From Podarcis gaigeae (taxonomy: Eukaryota), in the NCBI GenBank assembly GCA_964106915.2, contig OZ066922.1: 64,000 nucleotides of DNA; one strand, 5' to 3'. The notes below the pieces were generated by a model. The model saw only the letters and a program-made list of their open reading frames with translations, made no database searches and was not told the origin of the DNA. Shown here one piece after another: positions 52,427 to 64,000 of this stretch. A program made the translations under genes and the position numbers. Position 1 is the first letter of the stretch, and each line of letters starts with the position of its first letter.

Positions 52427-53284
52427 TTCCCCCCTGGGTTTTTTTTTATTTTAGACAGCCTACATGACAAGTTTTTAAAAACCAATGCCTCCACTCCAAT
52501 TAATTCAGGGTCAAAATAAATCAAATTATGCTCAAGATGGCATCAGTCCAGTTTTCAAACAATGCTGAGTCATGATGTTTTGTTGATGAATAAAGAACAG
52601 CAGCCAATTATGATGATAGATGATCCAGAAGGGTTGGTCTCTTGTTAACATTTCTCCATTTCTAATCCATCCTTAAAGAAAATCATATAAGGATTGATAC
52701 CATCCTCATGGAAATCCAGCAACGCCACCATTCCATCTGGATTCATGTTCTCGCCTACAAAAAACTGGCAATTTTTTAAGTTTGCAAGGATATGTTTGAC
52801 TTGTTCAGCTGCTCCGGTCATAAATGGTTTTACTCTCTCTGGCTTTGTTTCCTCAAGTCTTGCTTCGATTGCTTTCATGTAGTCCTTGATGTACTTCTTG
52901 TAGGACTCTTTAGTGAAGCTTGTTTCCTGAAGGTGGTGGTTCATTACAATGTCAACACCAGTGACAACAGTAGCCTCTGCCCCTTCACCATCTGGACCTT
53001 CAGCCAACGCATTTCCACCAATTAAAGCATCATCTATTTCACCTTCTTTCCTGCTCACCATCTTCCCTTCCACTTCCAGGCAGAGTCCGCTGGCCACTTC
53101 TTTGACCTTGTAGATGTCCGAGAACATCTCGTCTTGGCTGATGCAGTCCCGGTAGATGATCATGGCTGAGGCATCGTCGGGTGGTGGTGGGTCTAGCGGG
53201 CGGGCGGGCAGGCAGGAGGCCTCAGGGAGCGGAGCGGCTGGGCAGCGACTCCTGGCGAGAGCAAGGAACGAGGCGGAGAAAAAG
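52427..53284 (-). pseudogene. TPT1: TPT1 (TCTP) processed retrocopy; full-length ORF 52645-53163 (172 aa) with 5'UTR and 3'UTR
   Basis: Intronless [19 protein letters not shown]...[11 protein letters not shown]. The 5' end is a pyrimidine tract (CTTTTTCTCC, TOP-like); AATAAA/A-run at about 52439-52452; 16-bp TSD ctggaggtccattctt at 52411-52426 and 53285-53300. Substitutions at conserved sites (GNASAEG>GNALAEG, NYQF>NCQF, FREDG>FHEDG). Confidence 0.93.
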
Positions 53285-53469
53285 CTGGAGGTCCATTCTT
53301 AACCTGAAACTGTTCTTAACATGAGGTACCACTTTAGCTAATGGGGCCTCCCGCTGCTGCTGCACCGCTGCCGCACGATTTCTGTTCTCATCCTGAAGCA
53401 AAGTTCTTAACCCGAGGTACTATTTCTGGGTTAGCGGAGTCTGTAAGCTGAAGCATCTGTAACCCAAGG

Positions 53470-53833
53470 TAAGGTAAAGGTAAAGGTACCCTTGCCCGTA
53501 CGGGCCAGTCTTGCCAGACTCTGGGGTTGTGCGCCCATCTCACTCAAGAGGCCAGGGGCCAGCGCTGTCCGGAGACACTTCCGGGTCACGTGGCCAGCGT
53601 GACATCGCTGCTCTGGCGAGCCAGAGCTGCACACGGAAACGCCGTTTACCTTCCCGCTAGAAAGCGGTCCCTATTTATCTACTTGCACCCGAGGGTGCTT
53701 TCGAACTGCTAGGTTGGCAGGCGCTGGGACCGAGCAACGGGAGCGCACCCCGCCGCGGGGATTCGAACCGCCGACCTTTCGATCGGCAAGCCCTAGGCGC
53801 TGAGGCATTTACCCACAGCGCCACCCGCGTCCC
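53470..53833 (-). mobile_element. Sauria SINE (CpG-rich, young subfamily)
   Basis: (aaggta)n tail and ccacccgcgtccc head, inserted in the right arm of the mariner MITE. Confidence 0.92.
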
Positions 53834-54970
53834 CGAGGTACCACTGTACAAATCTGAGGTTCTGCCCCCTCTGACAAAAGCCTGCCCTCCTTAACAAAAA
53901 TCCTGGCTACTCCCAAGTCAGCAGCTGCATCCACCCACCCATGGGGACAGAGCTTGCTCTTCCATGAGGCAATGGGAGCCAGAGAGATAAGGTGTGCTGT
54001 TTGGTGAGACATTTTGTGGCAGCAGATTGCCTTTCCTGCAAGGGAAGTAAGCTAGGACCCTGATCCAGATCTGCTGCCCCTCCCATTCTGCCACTGATGC
54101 ACCCTCCTCCTCTTGGCTCATTATAGCGCTGGCCCTGTTGACTTGGTAGCTCCAGGAATTAATGCCCCATTAAGAAAGGGAGTGGTTCCAATTACCTTCC
54201 GAAGCTAGTAGTGGTGCAGTTGCTCCTTAAAATGGCTGCCATGGACCCACACCATCTCATATATACTTAAGGGAGTGGTGGCTGTCCAATTCTGGACTCA
54301 CTTGGATGAGACAGATGATGTAAAAACAAATCATTGTGGTTATGGCAGAGATACAACCTCATGGGTGACCTACATTGGAGGAGGGCAGGGGAGTGTGACC
54401 CGGTCAATTCCCATTGGCTGTGGTATCTTTCTGGGCTCACTCTGTCAGCTGGGAGAACAGTCATATTGTGGTTTCCCTCACAGGGCTCTTTTCAGAAGGT
54501 GGTGCTAGGGGGCTTCTATTTGCCCCCTTGCTGAGGTATTGAAAAGTTCCATCTTGTCCCTTACATGCAAACACATCCTGTCAAGCGCCACCTCCTTGTG
54601 TGGATGGGAAACACTGAGACAGGGTTCAGCTGAAAGCACTTGTGTGAATGCACATGGAAAAATGAGATCTGCACAACTCATGTACACGTTAGCGTGTGCA
54701 CAGCTGTTTGAATGTGCACCTCCCATGTTCCTATTTAAAGGGGAACATTCCCGCCAAATTGCAATGTCTTCACAATGGGTGGGTGTGGTTTTATTGAGTG
54801 ATTGTAATTTTGATTTAGATAAGCTACCTTGAACGATACAAAAGCATAAAAGGTAGGGTGATTCCACCCCACCCCCTGAAAATAAGTAAGGATGGAGAAA
54901 TTGTTTGTGTCCAATTGTGCCAGACTTCAGCTTGAGCAATAATTTAAAATGCCTTTGGGTATGTGTAGAA

Positions 54971-55230
54971 CAGGGGTCAGCAACCTTTTTCAGCCGTGGG
55001 CCAGTCCACCGTCCCTCAGACCATGTGATGGGCCAGACTATACTTTTTTTTTGGGGGGGGGGGGAAATGAATGAATTCCTATGCCCTACAAATAACCCAG
55101 AGATGCATTTTAAATATAAGCACACATTCTACTCATGTAAAAACACGCTGATTCCTGGACCGTCCATGGGCCGGATTGAGAAGGCGATTGGGCCGCATCC
55201 AATCCCCAAGCCTTAGGTTGCCTACCCCTG
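54971..55230. mobile_element. hAT-type MITE
   Basis: TIRs caggggtcagcaacct / aggttgcctacccctg; perfect 8-bp TSD gtgtagaa at 54963-54970 and 55231-55238. Confidence 0.88.
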
Positions 55231-58187
55231 GTGTAGAACGTCCATCTGAATAGCCACACAGTGGACCGCCATTTCAAAATGAGGATTGAAAAAGCTTATC
55301 TTCTCCCACCCTCCACTTTATGGAAATTAAGGCCCATTATGGTAGCTATAAGGATAAATCCCAAGTCCTACATTATCACAGGATGCGGCTAGGTGATAAT
55401 AGGGAGAAATGGTTGTCCTCCTTTAGGTGGAAATGTGTATTACTTTGCTTACTTCAAAAGGTGGTTGTTCTTCAACAGTCTTGCTGCATCTGGGGGGGCA
55501 CCTCTTCATCATTCTGTTAGCAGTGGAGGGTGAATGTAGCTCTGCACACATACTTAAACTCAGTCCAAGGGATTGAGGGGCTGCTTAGTTTCCGTGTTGC
55601 CCTTCCTCCTGCTTAGTTTCCGTGTTGCCCTTGTAGACCTCAGCAAAGGAGAGGATGACTCCACTTACTGTTGGTCTCCCAATGAGCACCAGCTAACACT
55701 GCTGTTGTGTAGGACCTTGGACTCTACCCCCAAGTCTGATAGCACCAGTGGGTTTCATAACCTATTCAGTCTAGAGGGCTGAATGCAGAGGGCAAGTCTA
55801 ATTTTTAAAATGAGTCACACACACTGCTGAAAAGGTTATGAAGCAGTTGGGATTTACTTTCTCTTATAGTGGGAGTGCCATATTTAATAAATGCCAAAAA
55901 ACTACTATTCAGAAGTACCCAAAACCAGCACTGTTATCAATTTCTGAAGGAGATAATGAAGACCTTGCACAAAGAAGATGCTGATTTACTTGTTGGTAGT
56001 AATTAAAGAAAGATTCTCATTCCATTCCACTTTTTTGTATCTCAAATTATGGAGACTAGTATGAAATATAGGCATTTATGAGAACCTGGTATTGAAAATT
56101 TCAAGAGGCTAAATGACAATAAAATGCAGTAGAGTTTGAAGGAAATTTATTGTTTTGTGAACAGGACAGGAAAAGGAACAACTGGACACATCTGGATTTA
56201 TATGGATCGCTATGGCAAAATGCAAGACTATATGCAGGTGGTATATTGCTTACTAGCTGAAAAGAAAAAAGAAAGACCCAATTAATTTATATCACATTTG
56301 TTTGGGCTTTGTGCATGTTATTTGGATGTACTGTATGTTGTAGTTAAACTATAGAACATTGGCTTGAAAATTAATAAAGTATATTTTAAAACAAATCTAT
56401 AAGAAAAAGCTAGATTTCCATATGTGTAGAATAATTTTATTTGCTGCCTCTGGAAAGAAGGTGTTCATTAGTGAACCGAAATGGCTTAGATTAAAAGACT
56501 GCAGGTATGTTTGTATTTCCAAACATTAACAGACAATTAAGAAAGCCCATCAAAAAATAATAGATGGGAATGTTTTGACAGTTTTGAAACTAGCTGTCTT
56601 TTGTTATTTTCTCTTGATCAAAATTTGCCACAATCATTAATGGAAAAGATGTTAGGATATTATAACTTATCATAGTGATTTGACAGGCAAATTAATTGGG
56701 GGAATGCATAGTTCTGGGCTTTTCCAGCTGACAGGAGCTATGTATGCTAAAATGAACATACTTTTTATTTTCTTTTTTTAAGAAAAGGCATTCAGTACAT
56801 TGACATGTGCTACATCAATACCGTTTCCTTTGAACTATTTAGGCAGCCTTTGTTACTTAGAGGCAAATATTTTTTGTTACATGCAGGAAAAACAGGACAT
56901 CTGGGGGCACCTAGCAGCTGCTGAGGTGAAAGAAAGATGCCCCCACAGTCCTATTCCATGCACAGAATCCAACCACGCTGGTGATGGGATAGCTTTCTCC
57001 AATACACTTGGGGGCAGCAGTCTAGTTTGGCAAGGAAAGGGAAGGTTGTATACTATACACAATGTTATTGTCCAATACCAGTGCCGGTAGAAAAATAGGT
57101 GCCAGTATTTACCATGAAGTTGTTACAGTAAGTGTCTCTGTTTTTAACAAAAAAGGTGTGCTGGTACTGTGTACCCCTGAGTACCCCCTGAAAAAAGCAC
57201 CTTGCTGCCTCTCCTTACCCCCAGTCATTTACCACCTGAAGTAGCTGCCTGTTTACCTCAACTTTGACCATCCAAACGTTGCCAAGCTAAAAATCCCATC
57301 ACCCACTGACCACGCTTGCTAGTTTCGATCAGATGAGTTCAGCAACATCTGGAGGGCCAAAGGTTCCCCACACCTGCTCTCCCTAATGGTAGGGCTAGCC
57401 TTGCAGGTGAGGTAGAAAATCAGCGCAGAGAAGGGAAAGGGAACGCACACATTCCTCCCCAGTCTTGATCTACATTTGGGGGAGTGTGTGTGGGCTCCTG
57501 CAGCTGCTTTTGCTTAATAAACAACAACAGTGGCCAGCTGTAAGCAGGCACATCAAAGCATGCACTTAACATAATATGTAGTAAATGAATTATAATTATA
57601 ATCATTTCAGGCAAAACTTACTGTCAGGGAAACCAGTTCCCTCAGCCTCACTTGCATAAACACAAGTTTAGGTATCTGTGCTTCTTTAATTTTCTGCTAC
57701 CACCAGTTTACTCAGAATCCTTTCAAAACCTCCTCATAGCTGGTACAGTAGGCTATGGTGTGAGATGGACACCAGGAAGAATTTACCACATATTTCGCCC
57801 CATAGGACGCACCTAGTTTTTTGGGGGGGAAATGATTTCCCTCCCAGGCATGGGGCTGGGGCGGGGGATGTCCGAGTTTCCCCTGACCCCAGCCCACAGA
57901 ACAGGCTGCCATCTGCAAGCCTAGGGAGCCTGGTGGGAAGTTGCACCGGTCTCCCCAGGCTTGCGGATATCTGTCCCCCGAGCTTGTGGGGCTGGCAGTG
58001 GGGAGAAGCGTGCTTCTCCCCAGCGCCAGCCTCCAAACCAGGTCGGGGAACAGCGGGAAGGCGGAGTGTAAATAAGGTAAATCAGATTGTCGGTTTATTA
58101 AAGGGATACTATTTATACAAGGAAATGCTGCTCTGTATATTGGGGTCTTAAAGGTGCTACAATTCCCATGTTAGAGATGGAATTTTA

Positions 58188-58309
58188 TTTTTTATTCTTA
58201 AAAGATTTTTAAATTGAATTTTACAATTTAATCAGCATAATCCATTAACATAAGTCATGTAGGAAAATAAGCATACATCCCTTTCGCCCCCACCCATAGA
58301 CTTCCCTCA
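58188..58309 (-). mobile_element. Very short 5'-truncated L1-type 3' end
   Basis: T-rich tail and 20-bp TSD atgttagagatggaatttta at 58168-58187 and 58310-58329. Confidence 0.7.
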
Positions 58310-59579
58310 ATGTTAGAGATGGAATTTTAGACAGGCACCCTATACAGGTGTTCTCTATTTAACCAACTGTAAATGCCTACTATTTAAGGAGTGATGATCA
58401 CAAACAAAGAAGGCAAGATTACAGTTGTTTTATATTAGGAGGAAAGTATAAAACAAATGACCACACACATTCCTTGTTTTAATGAAGGATTGAGAGAAGG
58501 AGAAAAGTCTATGAAATGCTCAAAAGCATCCAAGAGTTTTTCTTGGCAGAGTAGAATGTGGAACACAAGAAGTTCCTTAAGTCCGGCATGTTACAAATTC
58601 TTTCTGGATTAAGGGATTCTACCCTCAATAATGAGTTGTATCATGTGGTCCTTCAGAGTAGCATCCAGCTGCACCCATCCATGGTTTTAGCAGTCATTAA
58701 GCTAGAAGGCCTGATTCTTTATAATGCTTTTATAATTATGGTTTGAAGAAGGGGCTATTTATCCCTTGCTTTCTCACTCTGTCCCTCCCCAATTCATTGT
58801 AAATAACGCATTTCCTATTGGTGTTAATCATATGATACTTGCAGACAAAAGGCCATAGAGGAAAAACTGATCATGAAATCCAAACCACTGAAATGAAAAG
58901 GATAACAACATTATCAAACATCACTGAAGAACTGGCCCCTTCCACCAGAGAGAGGGCAGTTAGGCTGTGGATATTGTGTGACCATTGGTAACATCACAGA
59001 TACGGTTTGATGCAGTAGCCAAAGGCATTGGTGGGAAAGCTACCCATGGCATACTTTTGACAGTCAAGCGGCTAAGGAAAGCACAGGCATGTCTTTGATT
59101 GGGAGTGAAAACACCACTTTATGTTTTCATTCTGATTCTATATATGTTCACTCAAAAGTAAGTTCTACTGCATTCAGCTGGTCTTACTCCCAGGAAGTAA
59201 GCACCCACCTTGGCAGTCCCATTTTTACTCTGTAGTATGCTGTTGTGAGACTTGCTCTCCAACGAGTGTGCATAGCATTGTAGCTATGCAACCTGATTCT
59301 ATGCACGTTTGCTTAGAAGTGAGCCGCAGTGTCAAATGTGGTTTTCTCTCCACCAAGTATGGTTTAGATAGCAGCCTTAAATGCTGTTTGACATTTAGTC
59401 CCATCCAGCTCAATGTTACTTGCTTCTGGACAAACCTGGTTAGGGAACTGGGATTACAGTGTATGGTTGCAAACCTAAACTAGCTAGCTACTCAGAAGTA
59501 AATCTTATCGACAGCAACTACATCTATAGCCATACTACCCTTAACATGCCCGATCTTAAGTTGACTATTTTTCTGTATG

Positions 59580-59796
59580 CAGTGGTACCTCGAGTTACAT
59601 ATGCTTCAGGTTATATACGCTTCAGGTTACAGACTCTGCTAACCCAGAAATACTACCTTGGGTTAAGAACTTTGCTTGAGGATGAGAAAAGAAATTGTGC
59701 AGCGGTGGCGCAGCGGCAGCAGGAGGCCCCATTAGCTAAAGTGGTGCTTCAGGTTAAGAACAGACCTCCGGAACGAATTAATCCGAGGTACCACTG
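59580..59796. mobile_element. Tc1/mariner-type MITE (cagtggtacct family), reverse orientation
   Basis: cagtggtacctcg...cgaggtaccactg TIRs. Confidence 0.8.
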
Positions 59797-60279
59797 TATA
59801 AGATGAGCCCATGTATAAGACAACCCCTATTTTTGGGAACTCAGAATTAAGATATCAATATTTCTAGAATTGTTGAGCTTTTTTCTCGGGGGTGGGGAGG
59901 GTTAGCCAAAGTTGTTGAGCTTTTTTCTCTCTTTCTTTCTCTGTATGCCAAGTCAGGGATCCTCTCCAAATGTATGTGTACCATAGGGCGCGTGGAAGGT
60001 CATGTATTTAAGCTCTGGGTGACCAAGCACAGAGAGTTCTACAAATTCATGTGTACATGTGGGGCCGTCCTGTTAGGCTGCAACAGATTGTCATTGATTG
60101 CTCTGAAGTCACTTCAACAAGAGTTTTTTTTTTTGGGGGGGGGGAATCGCCGCCCCCCAAACCTCTTATTTTGCCCAAACAAAAGCAGCTACCCTAGAGA
60201 CCCACCTCATGAAAGGGCTTCCAGCTGCAAGGCTAAGACTTTAACTTGCCAGCCAACTCAGGGATATGTTTTATTTGTT

Positions 60280-61230
60280 GACCAATGAGAAGTTCCAACG
60301 AGTCCCCTGGGCCTCCTTTCCCCCTAGCACCCAAGGCTTCGCAGCCGACGCCGACCACACAAAGAAGCCGACCGATCCGGCTTCAGGCGACGCCTCTTCC
60401 CCTCCCAAGATGGCACCCGGGAGGCCGACTTCCTCCTTCCAGCCAGCAGCTACCAGCCGCGCGGCCGCCGTTGGCCGCACCTCTATTCAAACAGCAGCGC
60501 GAGCGCGGCGCGTGCGCTTCGGGGGCCTCCGCGGCGGCCTCGTTTTCTCAGGCCGGCGTGCGTGCGCCCGCTCCCTCGCTCTCGCGCGTGCGTGCGTGCG
60601 CCGCGCGGCGAGGAAAGGGGCGGGGCTTGGCGCCCTCGGCTTCCCAGTCAGTGGCTGCCGCGGCGCCGGAGAGCGGATGTTGTTATTGTTGTTGTTCCTG
60701 TCCGTCTCTCTCTTCCCCCTCCCCGGGACCATGACGGGCGCTTCCTCCCGGCGGCCCTGAGAGGGAAAAGCTTCGGTGGCCGCTTCGCTCGGAGCTTCGG
60801 AGGAGGCGGCGGCGGCCCAAGAAGCGGCGGCTGCTGCTGCTGCTCTTGTCTCTCTCTCTCTCCTCTCGTTCCCGGCTTCTTCTTCTTCTGCTTCTTCCTC
60901 TTCCTCGCGGCCCGGCCTGGCCCGGCCATGGCGGACTTCGACGAGATCTACGAAGAAGAGGAGGACGAGGAGCGGGCCTTGGAGGAGCAGCTGCTCAAGC
61001 ACTCGCCGGACCCGGTGGTGGTGCGCGGCTCCGGCCATGTCACTGTGTAAGGAAGGGAGGAAGCAGGGAGACGTGGGAGCGAGGTGGGCCAAGAGGGATG
61101 GAGGGCGGCGAAAAGAGGAAACGAGGAGCTGCTTCTGCAGGGCCTTACTGGCACCTTCCTGTCGAGGCACCTCTGACCTTCCGCGGGGGATTTCTGCAGT
61201 CCAGTTTCGTTGCAACCCTTCCGCCTCCAA
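60280..61230 (+). promoter_or_regulatory. CHIC2: CHIC2 CpG-island promoter/5'UTR
   Basis: CpG-dense; CCAAT at about 60281, YY1-like AAGATGGC at about 60407, GCGCGTGCG NRF1-like runs, GC box GGGGCGGGGC at about 60617. Confidence 0.8.
60928..61046 (+). CDS. CHIC2: CHIC2 (cysteine-rich hydrophobic domain 2) coding exon 1; the gene continues beyond the window
   Basis: GCCATGG Kozak; MADFDEIYEEEEDEERALEEQLLKHSPDPVVVRGSGHVTV matches the vertebrate CHIC2 N-terminus. 119-nt coding exon ending at donor GT|GTAAGG. Divergent to GSX2 as in human 4q12. Exon 2 (FGLSNKF...) was not seen before 64000. Confidence 0.96.
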
Positions 61231-61283
61231 AGCCTGCTGAAAGTACACATCCCGCTTAGGGTTGCAGCAACTCTGTGTGTGTG

Positions 61284-61412
61284 TTACAGATAGGTAGCCG
61301 TGTTGGTCTGCCATAGTCAAAACAAAAAAAATTCCTTCCAGTAGCACCTTAAAGACCAACTAAGTTAGTTCTTGGTATGAGCTTTCGTGTGCATGCACAC
61401 TTCTTCAGATAC
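61284..61412 (-). mobile_element. Penelope-like terminal fragment with intact hammerhead motif (61375-61412), antisense in CHIC2 intron 1
   Basis: Nearly identical to the 46474-46569 and 16165-16300 copies. Confidence 0.8.

Positions 61413-61463
<51 letters not shown>
61413..61463. repeat. (GT)n(AT)n microsatellite
   Basis: Read directly; the tract resumes at 61735-61756 after the Penelope-like insert. Confidence 0.95.
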
Positions 61464-61464
<1 letters not shown>

Positions 61465-61467
<3 letters not shown>

Positions 61468-61735
61468 CTTTCGTAGATTTTCACGGGTAATTAAGGAACA
61501 AAAGAAGAAAAGGCACACTAGCCTGGGAACTTCCTCTCTGCCCAGAACATTGGAGGCTAGACACCACACCCCCTCTACAGTATTTATAGGAACTCAAACA
61601 TTGAGATCCCGCTCTGTTCCAGTAACAAGAAGCCGAAAGCACCAGCCTGAAGATGACGAGTGAGACCTCGTCGAAACGTCGCCTAGACACCCCAACTTTT
61701 ACACGGGAAGACACCCGAGGACACCAAAACCTGCA
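61465..61735 (+). mobile_element. Second Penelope-like family fragment inserted in a (TA)n tract, with hammerhead core at 61645-61682
   Basis: CTGAAGA-T-GACGAG-tgagac-CTCGTC-GAAA-CGTC; flanked on both sides by (TA)n. Confidence 0.7.
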
Positions 61736-62286
61736 TATATATATATATATATATATCTCAAGCTGCTATGCCGTCTCTGCAAGCTTTTGCAGCAGGCCTG
61801 TGAGATAGGCCTGTTTTCTCCGTGTTGCAAATGGGCAGGGGTCTGAAGCTGTTTTTTTAGGGCCCTTAGATAAGCCGAGGTAAGATTCGAATTCAGGCCT
61901 GTCTGTCTCAGATTTCCTTAGCTGCTGTGCTACCACAGTGTAGTGGCGCACATATACATATATATATTACTTGTTTTGTTATTGTTTTAGCTTTGTGAGG
62001 TAGGCCATCAGGAAGGAAGGAAGGATGAACCGAGAGGTAAAGGAATTGTGCTTCTGCAATCCACTCAGTGGATCCAGATGTGAAGCAGGACTGATTTTGC
62101 TCCTCATCAGAATAGTTTTGGTGTATTGTCCAAGGTCATGATAAAGTAATGTAAAGTGTTATAGTACTTCTGAACAATATCCTTAGAATAAGGGTTTTCA
62201 GCTGTCTTGCTCTTTCCTCTACTCACCTTTCAGAGGTTTGTGTTTATTATCCAGGCTCTTTTCTCTTCACATTGTTAAAAACCCAA

Positions 62287-62410
62287 ATAGCTCAGTTGGT
62301 TAGAGTGTGGTGCTGATAATGCCAAGTTTGCAGGTTTGGTCCCACAGCTGCATAGTCCTGCATTACAGGGGGTTGGATCCTCAGGGTCCCAACTGCATGA
62401 TTCTATGATC
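62287..62410 (+). mobile_element. tRNA-derived SINE in CHIC2 intron 1
   Basis: tagctcagttggttagagtgtggtgctgataa head and CR1-like ...gattctatgat tail. Confidence 0.65.
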
Positions 62411-64000
62411 CAGTGTGCTCCATCTAGGATTTGCTAGGAGCTCCAGCTCTTCCTGTGCCCCTCCCCCATGTATTTAGATGCATAGAGTAGATAAATGAGA
62501 TTGATTCAACCCATCATTTAAAATTTGGTCCATATTCTTATATTCATTTGTTTATATACTTTCAGCCCTGTTCATCAAGCTGTGTGAATGTCAGGCAGCT
62601 TTAAGCTTTCCAACCTATTCATGCTTTTTGATCTTCTGTCTCTCTGGACCTAGAAGTACAGCTGGCAGGTCAGGTGCTCTGTTGTGGAATAGTCTGTTAT
62701 GAAGAATTATGTATGTCTAGGGAAGTTTAATGTCATTTTGTGCTTGTCACAAGTTTGGACATAGACTTCCCTATTTTGGGAGATCCCAAAACGTCTCTGC
62801 ATACTCACAGATGTAATTGTATCCCCTAGTGCTAAGGGATGTGATCTCAGGTCCATTATTGCTATGCTTGTATGTAGAGCATACTCCACTTTTTACTAGC
62901 ATTCCATACAAACACAATTCGTCATTGGGTCAATAGGGAAACTAAGCTAATGAGATTCATTATGACTAATAGCAGAATGTAAAGTACTAAACCAAATAAT
63001 TATGACATGTCAGGAAGTAGAACACTTGGGATTTGGATAAGTGTGTGTTTTTATACATGACCAGCTGTGCTATAGATGAATGTAAGTTGTTAATGCTTCT
63101 GTTAGTCATAGTCTCAACCTACACGTATAATAACATGTTTCAGCTTTCTGCCAAGTAGTTATGATGTGAAAAACTCCCCTTAAAATACAGCAGTTAACAA
63201 AAATGACAGGCATGTCTAGAGCACTATGAGCGCATTTATAGTACAGTATATGATCTGGGTCACTTACTTTGCTGTTTTCTAAACTAGATCTCATTTCATA
63301 TTATAAGGGTTGCAAATTCTATAGCTATCTGTGAATGAGCCCCATTGAGCTCAGTGAAGTTTACATCTGACGAAACAAGTTTAGGATTACACTGAGTATG
63401 CAGTCCTGTGTTCCTGACATGGAGTATTTCCAGGATGTTGAGGGATATAGCCAGTAGTACAAACAAGTAATGCTACTTGAAATGGATTGATTTAAATCAC
63501 CTTGAGAATGATCAATTTAAATTAATTATTTAAATGAAATTTCCCATGCTGTCATTCCTGAATGTGTGTGTATACTAGTTGGTTGGTTAATGATGATCAA
63601 AATACTTTGATCATGCAGCCCACATACATTTATACTACAGATTTTTCTTTTCAGCTATGGTTGGTGGTGGGTAGAATTGCAAAACTTAATGGCTTTCTGT
63701 TTGCCTCTCTGTATGTATTCAGGGACATTAATGTATGTATTGATATCTCTCTGAGAGTTTATATCCTAACGATTAAATGGAAAACAACTAAAAATCAAAT
63801 TGAAAAGCAAAATGAAGACAGAACAGTGAAAAGGAAACAATAAAAACAAGTAGGAATCTTTAGTAAGTCAGGTAGAATACCTGCTGAAATAAAAATGTAT
63901 TAAGGTCAAGAAGGCACCAGAGCCAACGTGAAGGCTCACTCATGCATCTCTGTCAAACAAGTGTATCATAGATGGAGGCAGGCTGTGCAAAAGGGGCCTC

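Larger units (their letters stand above)
51986..53917. mobile_element. hAT-type MITE hosting nested insertions
   Basis: Termini catgggcatagcca / tggctactcccaag, TSD ccagcagc/tcagcagc; an uninterrupted relative lies at about 32820-32925. Confidence 0.7.

Noticed and set aside
55582-55632. Short direct repeats (also about 24828-24859) resembling a repeat-spacer array
   Set aside because: Only two units each; ordinary local tandem duplications in a vertebrate genome, not CRISPR.
60487-61359. 290-aa minus-strand ORF over the CHIC2 promoter
   Set aside because: CpG-island artefact that starts inside a Penelope-like repeat.

Overview
Vertebrate genomic DNA, almost certainly a squamate and probably a lacertid lizard (Sauria SINEs, lizard-type L1/CR1/L2/Penelope repeats). 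It is the ParaHox-paralogon segment syntenic to human 4q12. It carries the complete two-exon homeobox gene GSX2 (minus strand, 36133-40022, 290 aa) and, divergently transcribed about 20 kb away, the CpG-island promoter and first coding exon of CHIC2 (plus strand, 60928-61046). PDGFRA would be expected beyond the left edge (synteny inference). Between GSX2 and CHIC2 is a full-length, ORF-intact TPT1/TCTP processed retrocopy inside a nest of five insertions. The rest is non-coding: candidate conserved enhancers, two good CTCF motifs, an orphan CpG island and many transposons. The most unusual observations are (1) a young L1 with a textbook twin-priming 5' inversion and perfect target-site duplications (TSDs), (2) Penelope-like fragments with minimal hammerhead ribozyme cores, one sense inside CHIC2 intron 1, (3) a strong alternative GSX2 donor that would yield a homeodomain-less protein, and (4) poly-Gln in place of the mammalian GSX2 poly-His tract. 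I found no evidence for a wholly new multi-gene system. Most ORFs in the supplied track are spurious.
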